A DNA stretch of 64,000 nt, taken from an uncultured Oscillospiraceae bacterium (lineage in GTDB: Bacteria > Bacillota > Clostridia > Oscillospirales > Ruminococcaceae). The notes under the pieces are model-generated. The model made no database searches. It was not told the origin of the DNA and was given only the letters and a program-made list of their open reading frames with translations. Below are positions 8,905 through 16,918 of this stretch, piece after piece; positions within the stretch are counted from its first letter, which is position 1; each line of letters starts with the position of its first letter. A program made the translations under genes and the position numbers. Location: contig CAKSEC010000013.1 of assembly GCA_934446355.1 (NCBI GenBank), positions 2,474-66,473 of the forward strand, read 5' to 3'.

Positions 8905-10104
8905 ATGATAATCCGACCCACATATCTCGAAACTCTCAGAAAATACCGCAATATTCCACTGGTCAAGATACTTGCAGGAATAAGGCGCTGCGGTAAATCC
9001 ACTATTCTCGAAATGCTGAAAAAAGATCTGCTGGAAAGCGGAGTTCCTGAAAGCAACATAATTTCCGTCCGTTACACCGCTGAAACTCTCGACCGTCCCA
9101 TGACTGCTCAGGAAATGTTCGATGAAATAAAGTCACAGATGAGCGGTCGGGGAAAATACTATCTCCTGCTTGACGAAGTGCAGGAAGTCACCGGCTGGGA
9201 AAAGGCAGTCAACAGCCTGCTGGAGGACGTGAATGCAGACATCTATGTGACCGGTTCCAACTCAAGGCTGATGTCAAGCGAGATATCCACCTACCTGACC
9301 GGTCGGTACATCTCAATTCCGGTTTATACGCTGTCGTTCGCTGAGTATATGGAGTTCCGCAAGGACAGCGAACTCACGAAAAAGGAACTGCTGAACGAAT
9401 ACATCAGAAAAGGCGGCTTCCCGATAGTGGCACTCGGAAATTTCGACGACCGTTCCTCCTATCAGATAGTGGAAGGAATATACACCTCCGTTGTCACAAA
9501 CGATATTGCCAGACGGCATAACATAACAAATCAGGAATTGTTTAACCGCATCGTTAAATACATCGTCGAGAACGTGGGGAAGACCTTTTCGGCTAACGCA
9601 ATAGTGAAGTTCCTGAAAAACGAGGGGCGTTCCCTGTCGGTGGAAACCGTATACAATTGCCTTGAACGGCTGGAAAAGGCGTTCATAATATACCGCTGTT
9701 CCCGTTACGATATGCAAGGGAAATCCGTGCTTAAAACGCAGGAGAAATTCTACCTTGCAGATTCCTCACTGAAATACTGCATAATGGGCTTCGACCCAAG
9801 GTCAGTTGCCGTAATGCTAGAAAATATCGTATTCTTTGAGCTGCGCAGAAAAGGCTACGAAGTCTATGTCGGCAAGAACGAAACTAAGGAAATAGATTTT
9901 GTTGCCGTCCGCCGTGACGAAAAGGCGTACGTGCAAGTATGCCGGAATATTCCGGAACAGTCTGACCGTGAGATAGCAAACCTCCTTGAAATAAAGGACC
10001 ACTACCCCAAATATGTAGTAACGCTTGACGACCTCGCCGGCGGAAATATCAACGGCGTAAAAATCGTTCATCTGGCGGATTTTCTGCTTTTGAGTGATTA
10101 TTGA
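8905..10104 (+). CDS. AAA-family ATPase with a DUF4143-type C-terminal domain
   Basis: MIIRPTYLETLRKY..., Walker A GIRRCGKST, Walker B LLLDEVQ. Start moved to ATG 8905, which follows the RBS. Confidence 0.8.
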   Translation: MIIRPTYLETLRKYRNIPLVKILAGIRRCGKSTILEMLKKDLLESGVPESNIISVRYTAETLDRPMTAQEMFDEIKSQMSGRGKYYLLLDEVQEVTGWEKAVNSLLEDVNADIYVTGSNSRLMSSEISTYLTGRYISIPVYTLSFAEYMEFRKDSELTKKELLNEYIRKGGFPIVALGNFDDRSSYQIVEGIYTSVVTNDIARRHNITNQELFNRIVKYIVENVGKTFSANAIVKFLKNEGRSLSVETVYNCLERLEKAFIIYRCSRYDMQGKSVLKTQEKFYLADSSLKYCIMGFDPRSVAVMLENIVFFELRRKGYEVYVGKNETKEIDFVAVRRDEKAYVQVCRNIPEQSDREIANLLEIKDHYPKYVVTLDDLAGGNINGVKIVHLADFLLLSDY

Positions 10105-10167
10105 ACTACTGTTCAGTAAATACAAACAAACTAAAAAAAGCTATCGCCTTTCCCGCCCAAAAACTGA

Positions 10168-10211
10168 AATGACCGCAGATAATTCATGCGGTCATTCCGG
10201 GTTATTTTTTT
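10168..10211 (+). terminator. rho-independent terminator
   Basis: AATGACCGCA-N9-TGCGGTCATT followed by CCGGGTTATTTTTTT. Confidence 0.7.
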
Positions 10212-10341
10212 ATGGACAGGGGGATCAAAATTAACAAGCGAATGTGCTTCGCCACATACGGATTAGTTACGCATGGGAAAACGGACAGGATATTGTTATC
10301 CTCAGTCAGATAAAGCTTGGTGTCCAATTGCATCAACATTG

Positions 10342-10788
10342 TTATGCAGTTACTTTTGCTTCATTACTATAAACCGTAATAGTTTCCGTTTTACCGCTTG
10401 AATTTTCCAGCGTAAAGACTGATTTCAATCGGTAAGTGCCGGCGGAAAGTCCGCTTTTGGTGTTGGAAAACGACACTGGGCATTGTTCATAAGAATTAGT
10501 CCAGTATGCGCCATCGACATCATTCCATATTGCGAACCAACCGCTATACTTTTCCAAGGTCTGCTCAACGGTTATACTAACAGCTTCAATTCCACCTGCT
10601 CTGCTAGTACAGGTTGCCGATTTCCCGTTTATGCTAAGATTGCTTGTTGGATTAGTTACTATTTCATAAGCAGGAGCTACTTCGTCAATAATAAACGAAT
10701 CTTCTGTTTCAGCAAACGCCGAAGCGGAAAAACTCGTGCATAAACATACTGCTGACAAAAATATTGCTATTCCTTTTTTACAAAACAT
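10342..10788 (-). CDS. small secreted hypothetical protein
   Basis: A 148-aa ORF with signal peptide ...SFSASAFA/ETEDS, downstream of the sigma/anti-sigma pair. Confidence 0.6.
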   Translation of the reverse strand: MFCKKGIAIFLSAVCLCTSFSASAFAETEDSFIIDEVAPAYEIVTNPTSNLSINGKSATCTSRAGGIEAVSITVEQTLEKYSGWFAIWNDVDGAYWTNSYEQCPVSFSNTKSGLSAGTYRLKSVFTLENSSGKTETITVYSNEAKVTA

Positions 10789-10874
10789 TGATTACACATC
10801 CTTTTTTTATTGAGTGCTTTTCAGCCCTCTATTATACAAATCAGTTATAAGCATAGATTTACTATGCCACCTTT

Positions 10875-11585
10875 TTATTTTTCACAAACTTTGGCTGATT
10901 TAGCCAAATCCGCTAATTCATTTTTAGTAAATTCGCCGAACAATTCTAATATGTAATCTCCAGCATCCCATACAATGAGTGCATATTTCACTCCTCGCGA
11001 ACTATAATCTAAACTTAACCCATAATGACCATTTATTTCGATTTCCTCTAAATCCTGCCTCTCTGTATCGTAATGAGTAGAACCATTATATACTTTCTTA
11101 ACAGTTTGACAAAAAGCTAACGTCTGTTTCGTTTCATTATTCTTATAACTAATATATTCCTCACAAAGTGTTGAATCAACCTGCAACACCTCAAACCCAT
11201 CCGGCAAGCAAGGCAAATAATACTTTTCCTCAATAGTTGTCGGGCAGTTTTCCGTGTTTACCAAAAAAAGCTCAGTATGATCGTTGTACACTTGTCCACG
11301 GAAATTATGAGATATGAAATACGCAGCAACGCACCCGGCAATAATTGCCAAGAAAAGAATCGTCAGCAATACCAGCGCCATTCTTTTGGTAAACCTTATG
11401 CGATAGTGCGGCTTGGAAACCTCATATGCTCCGGACTTGCTCATGTTTTTCTCAAACAGCTTAAAAATGCGTTTCATCGCCCTCTCATGCTTCTTTGAGA
11501 AAACGTGGTCACAGGCATTGTCATATCTAGCCCATTCTAGGCTCAGTGATTCTTCAAGTACGGACCTCAGAACATTTTCACTCAT
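10875..11585 (-). CDS. DUF4367-type membrane protein (putative anti-sigma factor)
   Basis: Start chosen at MSENVL (11585), overlapping the sigma gene stop by 8 nt. It has a single TM helix and a C-terminal YLPCLPDGFEV...INGHYG...WDAGDY pattern. Confidence 0.7.
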   Translation of the reverse strand: MSENVLRSVLEESLSLEWARYDNACDHVFSKKHERAMKRIFKLFEKNMSKSGAYEVSKPHYRIRFTKRMALVLLTILFLAIIAGCVAAYFISHNFRGQVYNDHTELFLVNTENCPTTIEEKYYLPCLPDGFEVLQVDSTLCEEYISYKNNETKQTLAFCQTVKKVYNGSTHYDTERQDLEEIEINGHYGLSLDYSSRGVKYALIVWDAGDYILELFGEFTKNELADLAKSAKVCEK

Positions 11586-12123
11586 GGCGTTTCCTTTCAA
11601 TAAAAGACCTGATGGATTTTCTGGCAAGATAAAGCCGCTGATTTACTGCGGTTTTGGATACTTTAAGTACGTCTGCGGTTTCCGATATTGAAAGCTCCGA
11701 CAAGCAGGTGAGAACAAGGACATTACGCTGAAGTTCCGGCAGATTCTCTATAAAGGCACGCAGTTCATCATGCGATATTTTTTCCAGCAGAGAATCTTCC
11801 AGCGATCCATTGTCTGACAGATATTCTTCGGTTTCAGTAATATTCTCAACTGGGTGCTTTGTCTTTTTATTGAACATATCTACGGACACGTTTCTTACGA
11901 TCGCACTCGCAAAATAAACTCGCTCAATATCTGAACATGAAAAGAACTTCTCCGGTTTCCCCGCAATTCTGATAAATGCTTCCTGTATGGCGTCCTCTGA
12001 ATCCTGAGCATTATGCAGCCGTTCAAACGCTATCGCGTAGAACTTTTTCTTGTTATCTTCATAAAACTCAGACAATATATTCCGTTGTTCCTCGGTTTCG
12101 AGAATGGATAATGCAGCTAACAT
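11578..12123 (-). CDS. sigma-70 family (ECF-like) RNA polymerase sigma factor
   Basis: Region 2 (AQDSEDAIQEAFIRI) and region 4 HTH (LSISETADVLKVSKTAVNQRLYLARK). Confidence 0.85.
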   Translation of the reverse strand: MLAALSILETEEQRNILSEFYEDNKKKFYAIAFERLHNAQDSEDAIQEAFIRIAGKPEKFFSCSDIERVYFASAIVRNVSVDMFNKKTKHPVENITETEEYLSDNGSLEDSLLEKISHDELRAFIENLPELQRNVLVLTCLSELSISETADVLKVSKTAVNQRLYLARKSIRSFIERKRHE

Positions 12124-12286
12124 TTTTTACCTCGGTTATTGTTGATGGTTATAGTAACACATCAAATGTAATAGACTTTTTTCAGTCTTTTAATCATTAT
12201 AGACAAATTAGTCTTATGATTTTATACATTTTCATATGTATCATAAGCCGAACTTCCAAATGAATCCGGCCTATAAATATCATTTA

Positions 12287-12646
12287 TCAGCCATTCTCCT
12301 CGCTATTCCATTGAGCGATCACAGAATACGCATATTCTCTCATCTTCTTTGGGTCATTTTTATATTTGAGATACATTTCCTTATCGCCCTTGGAGTAAGC
12401 ACAAAGCCCCTCTGCTCCCTCAGTATCCAGAAACCTCAAGTTCAGCAGTTTCTTCCTTATGACAACTTCGTTTCTGAAGGTAGGGGCTATCTCCATGCCA
12501 GCTGATTTAGCGTGCTGACGCAATATGTATGACAGCATTGCGATTTCTTGATCAGCGTCATTGACCTTTATTCCGCACGCCGTTATCCTAAAATAGCAAT
12601 CAACCAGCAATATTTCTTCATCTCCTGACCAAACCGGATTTTTCAT
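12287..12646 (-). CDS. hypothetical 119-aa protein resembling the N-terminal, non-nuclease domain of HNH restriction-like proteins
   Basis: The W-x-x-DE-ILL-D-YFR ... FRN...KL-N-FLD ... SKGDKE pattern was recognised by eye. No HNH motif is present. Confidence 0.45.
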   Translation of the reverse strand: MKNPVWSGDEEILLVDCYFRITACGIKVNDADQEIAMLSYILRQHAKSAGMEIAPTFRNEVVIRKKLLNLRFLDTEGAEGLCAYSKGDKEMYLKYKNDPKKMREYAYSVIAQWNSEENG

Positions 12647-12774
12647 AGCTGGGCTCCCTAACTAATAAATAGCGGTTTACATTACTTTAATGCACAGAAC
12701 TCCAAAATCAATGCAGACTGTATTAAGAGCTAGGTGCATCTCATTCAAAACCACCCGAACCGCTCTGCTGCCCG

Positions 12775-13389
12775 TCACTCTGCCCCACCGTCACCGTTCT
12801 CACTATTCGGGTGAATCTGCTGCATATACTGAGGAGATTTTGCAAATGCGATTATTGAATCTATATTGTCTATAATAAAACGCTGTGCTTCCGGAGTATA
12901 GGCATTGACCCAATACTCTCTCGGCATATAACTTGCCCTTCTTTTCTCAGAAATAATACCCAGACCAACACCGGCCTCAGTGGCACGTTTTGAACCGTCG
13001 TCAATATACAGAAAACCAATACTGACAAAGTATTCTGCGACCCACTTCGCTGCAAATTTCTTACAGTTGTTTGGCTCTGTCAGTTCATTTATTCGTTCCG
13101 CAAGTTCTTTCAGGTACACAGGACGATCGAACTCGGCCAAAGCCGCCCGCTGCTCGTCAGTAATGAAGAAATCAGCCTTTTTGCCAGAACCGCCGGATTT
13201 TTTCTTTACTGCCCCATCGTTGGCGATGATCTGTTTCAGAATATCCGAAACATAGTAAAGACAGCGGGTAATGCGGACGTTATTCACCATGTCATCATCA
13301 GCCGCCTCTTCGCCAGTGATGGGATTTATCCCGTCAGCCATCTTGCGTATGTAGGATTCAGCACGTATCAATGTTTCAAGCTCAGTCAT
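12775..13389 (-). CDS. hypothetical 204-aa protein
   Basis: Start moved to MTELETL (ATG 13389), preceded by AGAGGTG. No family was recognised. Confidence 0.55.
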   Translation of the reverse strand: MTELETLIRAESYIRKMADGINPITGEEAADDDMVNNVRITRCLYYVSDILKQIIANDGAVKKKSGGSGKKADFFITDEQRAALAEFDRPVYLKELAERINELTEPNNCKKFAAKWVAEYFVSIGFLYIDDGSKRATEAGVGLGIISEKRRASYMPREYWVNAYTPEAQRFIIDNIDSIIAFAKSPQYMQQIHPNSENGDGGAE

Positions 13390-13514
13390 TTTGTCACCTC
13401 TTGTCTTCCAACCAGATACCCGGCGGTAGTGCTTATATTGATTCAACAAAATCTTCCTTAACCGATTCGATTATGAATCAGTAAATATAACTTACGCAAT
13501 ATCGCCCTCAATAA

Positions 13515-13543
13515 ATTATAACACATATTCACAGCTTTGTCTA
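13515..13543 (-). promoter_or_regulatory. sigma-A type promoter with extended -10
   Basis: The minus strand reads TAGACA, 17-nt spacer ending TGT, TATAAT. It lies upstream of gene 12775..13389. Confidence 0.5.
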
Positions 13544-13613
13544 TACAAAATATAATTTATTCATCTTAATATTATCGAACCCATTATAGAAGAGTCAATC
13601 ATCGCCGGCATAA

Positions 13614-14468
13614 TCAGACCTTTTGTAACTCCCCCACCACCTCCGCAATATCCACATCAACACAAACCGCACGTCCAAAAATCTCTTTCGGCGCATAAAC
13701 CTCGCCCAGATTCACGCAGGCGTAAAAAGCGTTCGGATTCTGATAAGTCATTTTCCAGAACGGGAATTTTATTATACCCGGCGTGTTCATGCCGACGCCA
13801 AGTTCAAGGAAAAGAATATGCTGCCCCTCATGGCTCCGCAGATATTCCTCATACCGCCTTGCCGCCCTGTGCCAGCCGCTGTCCTCGACAAATTTGTCGT
13901 CCGCACGCAGATTCATCACCACAGGCTTACCGCAGCGGGGACATTTCGGTATCAGACTTGACGGTATTCTCATATTATTCTGAGATTCAAACATCGTCCT
14001 TATCGCTTCTTCATTATCCCATGTTTCCTGACAGCAAGGCTCGGAACACTGGAATAACCCATAATCCCCCTGAGTGTAGAAAAGCCGCTCCTTATCAAAG
14101 CCCGCTTTCTGGAACTGATGGTCAACATTCGTGGTCAGGACAAAATAATCCTTATCCCTGACCAACTCGAAAAGCCGCTTATACGTGCTGTTATCGACGT
14201 CCATATAGCGGTTTATGTAAATATATCTCGACCAGTACGCCCAGTGCTCCTCAAGGCTGCCGAACGGGTAAAATCCGCCCTCGTACATATTGCTGAAACC
14301 GTATTTCTCGATAAAATCGGAAAAGTATTTCTCGAACCGCTCCCCGCTGTAGGTGAACCCCGCCGCCATTGAAAGCCCTGCGCCTGCTCCTATAATTATC
14401 GAATCAGCGTTGTTCATCTCGCTTTTCAGCCTTTCAATTTGCGCTGAGTTGCTTTTTGTATATTTCAT
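13614..14468 (-). CDS. SIR2 family protein of the macrodomain-linked (SirTM) type
   Basis: Rossmann IIIGAGAGLS, TTNVDHQF, and a four-Cys zinc site (CSEPCC...CPRCG). Start at MKYTKS (14468) after GGAGTGAGG. The gene overlaps the macrodomain gene. Confidence 0.8.
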   Translation of the reverse strand: MKYTKSNSAQIERLKSEMNNADSIIIGAGAGLSMAAGFTYSGERFEKYFSDFIEKYGFSNMYEGGFYPFGSLEEHWAYWSRYIYINRYMDVDNSTYKRLFELVRDKDYFVLTTNVDHQFQKAGFDKERLFYTQGDYGLFQCSEPCCQETWDNEEAIRTMFESQNNMRIPSSLIPKCPRCGKPVVMNLRADDKFVEDSGWHRAARRYEEYLRSHEGQHILFLELGVGMNTPGIIKFPFWKMTYQNPNAFYACVNLGEVYAPKEIFGRAVCVDVDIAEVVGELQKV

Positions 14469-15207
14469 AGTCCTCACTCCCGAATACATTAAAAATCACT
14501 TTTATGCTGTGCGATTTAAGAAAATCCCTTACCGTGCGTACTGCAATTTCAGCCGCTTCTTTCTTCGGAAAACCGAATACACCCGTTGAAATACAGCAGA
14601 ATGCAACGCTGTCTATTCCATTATGTACCGCCAGTTCAAGGCAGGACTGATAGCAGCTTTTCAGCAGTCTGCAGTGCTCGTCTGTCAGCTTCCCCTGTAC
14701 GACAGGTCCGACCGTGTGAATAACATGACCGCATGGCAGGTTATACGCCGACGTTATTTTCGCCTGCCCTGTCGGCTCAGGATAGCCCTGCTTTTCCATT
14801 ATTTCAGCGCATTCAAGCCGCAGCCTTACTCCCGCAAAAGTGTGTATGCAGTTGTCGATACAGCTGTGGCAGGGCTGGTAGCAGCCGGTCATTCCGCTGT
14901 TCGCAGCGTTGACTATCGCACCGCATTTCAGCGTGGTTATATCGCCTTTCCAGAGGTAAATATTATCCTCAACAGGTGATAAATCGGCTATGTCCGTGAC
15001 GCCTTTTTTGCCCAGTTCTGTTTGCAGGTATTCGTCTTGGACTTTCAGGAAATCGTCCCCGATGGGCTTTGGAGTGCGGACATTCATCAGCGCACGCAGC
15101 AGTCTTTTCTGTTCCGCTTCAGACTGCGGAACTGCGATATCGCTGTACTGCGCCTGTTCTGACAGCAGCTTGTTTATAAGGAAATTTCGTCTTTGGGATT
15201 GAAGCAT
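14434..15207 (-). CDS. macrodomain protein (protein-ADP-ribose hydrolase type)
   Basis: Macro signature AIVNAANSGMTGCYQPCHSCIDNCIHTFAG and ISTGVFGFP, plus the N-terminal extension of about 70 aa typical of sirtuin-linked macrodomains. Confidence 0.85.
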   Translation of the reverse strand: MLQSQRRNFLINKLLSEQAQYSDIAVPQSEAEQKRLLRALMNVRTPKPIGDDFLKVQDEYLQTELGKKGVTDIADLSPVEDNIYLWKGDITTLKCGAIVNAANSGMTGCYQPCHSCIDNCIHTFAGVRLRLECAEIMEKQGYPEPTGQAKITSAYNLPCGHVIHTVGPVVQGKLTDEHCRLLKSCYQSCLELAVHNGIDSVAFCCISTGVFGFPKKEAAEIAVRTVRDFLKSHSIKVIFNVFGSEDYEIYKKQLSAN

Positions 15208-15226
15208 TTTATATTCTCCTAAAAAA

Positions 15227-15406
15227 CAGGGCTGCTAAAGCCAACCCTGCAAGTTTGTCGAAAAGGTATCTTCTTCAGGGTGGCGAGAAAGGCACAGATG
15301 CTAGGAAACGGCATTTCGGCTAGGCTTTGTGCCTGCCGAATATGTCGTTGACGACGCAGATGTGCCTTTATCGACAGCCTGACAGGGCTGTCCGACGGCA
15401 GCCCTG
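15227..15406 (+). repeat. structured intergenic repeat, family 1, copy A (hairpin - core - hairpin)
   Basis: The core is homologous to 16382-16463 and 52581-52776, with conserved loop TAGGCTTTGTGCCT (15321-15334). Flanking hairpins are at 15227-15249 and 15383-15406. Confidence 0.8.
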
Positions 15407-15416
15407 CTTGGTATAT

Positions 15417-16208
15417 TTACGCAAAGAAGAATCCGGCAGTCATGTCAAGATAATTCTCTCCGCTGTAATCGGGATACTGTTCCTTAACGCTGGTCCTGAA
15501 CTCCTCGGCAGTTTTGCAGCCGGAAGCTATCTTCTTCAGATTTTCGAGATACGCTATCTTGGTTTTAGCGTCCTTTAAGTCCTCAGGCGTGTAATGCGAG
15601 GTCAGAATAAGCGTATAGCCGCTGCTGATATAGCCGTTAAGCTGTGCGATCATTCCGTCTGCGTGATCTGCGCCTGCAACGATTGAGTGGCAGTCGTGAC
15701 CGAGCATATGAGTATATACTGCGTTTATTTCGGGGATCTCTATATCAAAGGCTTCGTGCGTCTGTCTTATAACAAAATCAATTCCGCCGATTGTGATCAT
15801 TCCCTCGCCTATCACATTTGTGACCTTGTGCACGGATTTGTCGAAGATATCGCCGAATGCTCCGGTGAAATTATCGATAAGTGCCTTTCCGCCGCCGTTC
15901 TCAGAATACTCGACCGCATTTGCAGTTGCGTACTTGGGAACATCGGGCAGGAATGTCGCTCCTGCGCCGTGATAAGCCACAAGCATTCCCTCGACCCTTA
16001 TTCCGGCGAGGTACTCGGTAAGTTCGGCTATGTTGTCGAAGAAGCAGGGCGATTCGATTACCACTGCCTTTCCTGCCTTTTCAACGATGAAAACCTCGTT
16101 GTCTATAAAATCATTGGTCTTGTAGGCGTGAAGCTTTATCCCGCCGAAATCGTAAACGTTCATTTCGCCCTTTGCGAGTTTTACTGTCTTAAAAGTATTC
16201 TTATCCAT
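15417..16208 (-). CDS. MBL-fold metallo-hydrolase-like protein
   Basis: Start at MDKNTF (16208) after AGGAGGA. Blocks VVIESPCFFDN and LVAYHGAGATF were recognised from memory of MBL-fold annotated proteins, and the product call is tentative. Confidence 0.55.
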   Translation of the reverse strand: MDKNTFKTVKLAKGEMNVYDFGGIKLHAYKTNDFIDNEVFIVEKAGKAVVIESPCFFDNIAELTEYLAGIRVEGMLVAYHGAGATFLPDVPKYATANAVEYSENGGGKALIDNFTGAFGDIFDKSVHKVTNVIGEGMITIGGIDFVIRQTHEAFDIEIPEINAVYTHMLGHDCHSIVAGADHADGMIAQLNGYISSGYTLILTSHYTPEDLKDAKTKIAYLENLKKIASGCKTAEEFRTSVKEQYPDYSGENYLDMTAGFFFA

Positions 16209-16381
16209 AATAAATCCTCCTGTATGGCATTGGTTTTTTCGGAAGATCTCAGCGCTGTTTTTCTGTCCTTGACTATATATTATCACATATTCATTCGTTT
16301 GTGAAGTACGCACTTTTAAGTGACATAGTTACCCGAAAGTGACCTTTGCACTGCAATGCCGTTTACCGCCCGAAAAATATT

Positions 16382-16463
16382 CAGCTTGTTGAAAAGTCTA
16401 CTGCCAGACTGTCGAGAAGCCCTCAGATCCTAGGAACCCGCATAACGACTAGGCTTTGTGCCT
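16382..16463 (+). repeat. structured intergenic repeat, family 1, copy B (left half only)
   Basis: About 90 percent identical to 52582-52663 up to the loop TAGGCTTTGTGCCT. The right arm is replaced by a promoter. Confidence 0.8.
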
Positions 16464-16491
16464 TGATTTTTTGCGGATTGTATGCTATAAT
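16463..16491 (+). promoter_or_regulatory. sigma-A type promoter of the HxlR-type regulator gene
   Basis: TTGATT (16463-16468), 17-nt spacer, TATAAT (16486-16491). Confidence 0.55.
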
Positions 16492-16530
16492 GAATATAAC
16501 ACTATAATTTGAACCTTTGGAGGAACACCT

Positions 16531-16854
16531 ATGTTAAAGCGTGAGGAACTGCCTGAATGCGACGTCGCAACCACCGTGCAGATAATCGGGAACAAGTGGA
16601 AGCTGCTTATAATGCGCAACCTGCTTTCCAGACCGTGGAGATTCAACGAACTGCGCAAATCCCTTGACGGAGTGAGCCAGAAGGTACTGACCGACAGCCT
16701 GCGCCAGCTTGAATCAGATGGAATAATCCTGCGCACGGTCTATCCCGAAGTCCCGCCGAGGGTGGAATATTCGCTGACAGAACTTGGCGAGTCCATGCGG
16801 CCTATCCTCTCCGCCATGGAAAACTGGGGCAAGAGTTATAAGGAAACGCTTTGA
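16531..16854 (+). CDS. HxlR family (winged-helix) transcriptional regulator
   Basis: IIGNKWKLLIMRNLL...RFNELRKSL.GVSQKVLTDSLRQLE.DGII.R...PEVPPRVEYSLTELG. Confidence 0.85.
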   Translation: MLKREELPECDVATTVQIIGNKWKLLIMRNLLSRPWRFNELRKSLDGVSQKVLTDSLRQLESDGIILRTVYPEVPPRVEYSLTELGESMRPILSAMENWGKSYKETL

Positions 16855-16862
16855 TAAAGCAT

Positions 16863-16895
16863 GAGCCGACCTGTGTTTTTCGCACAGATCGGCTT
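16863..16895. terminator. hairpin between convergent genes
   Basis: GAGCCGACCTGTG-N7-CACAGATCGGCT with one mismatch. The flanks are moderately T-rich. Confidence 0.5.
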
Positions 16896-16918
16896 TAGTT
16901 TATTGAATATATTTGAAC

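Noticed and set aside
13614-14468. SIR2-domain protein as a Thoeris/DSR/SIR2-HerA-type antiphage effector.
   Set aside because: It is short (284 aa) with a zinc-binding sirtuin core and is translationally coupled to a macrodomain eraser, which is the SirTM arrangement. No SLOG, TIR, HerA, pAgo or large C-terminal sensor domain is present. A defence role is left as an open question only.
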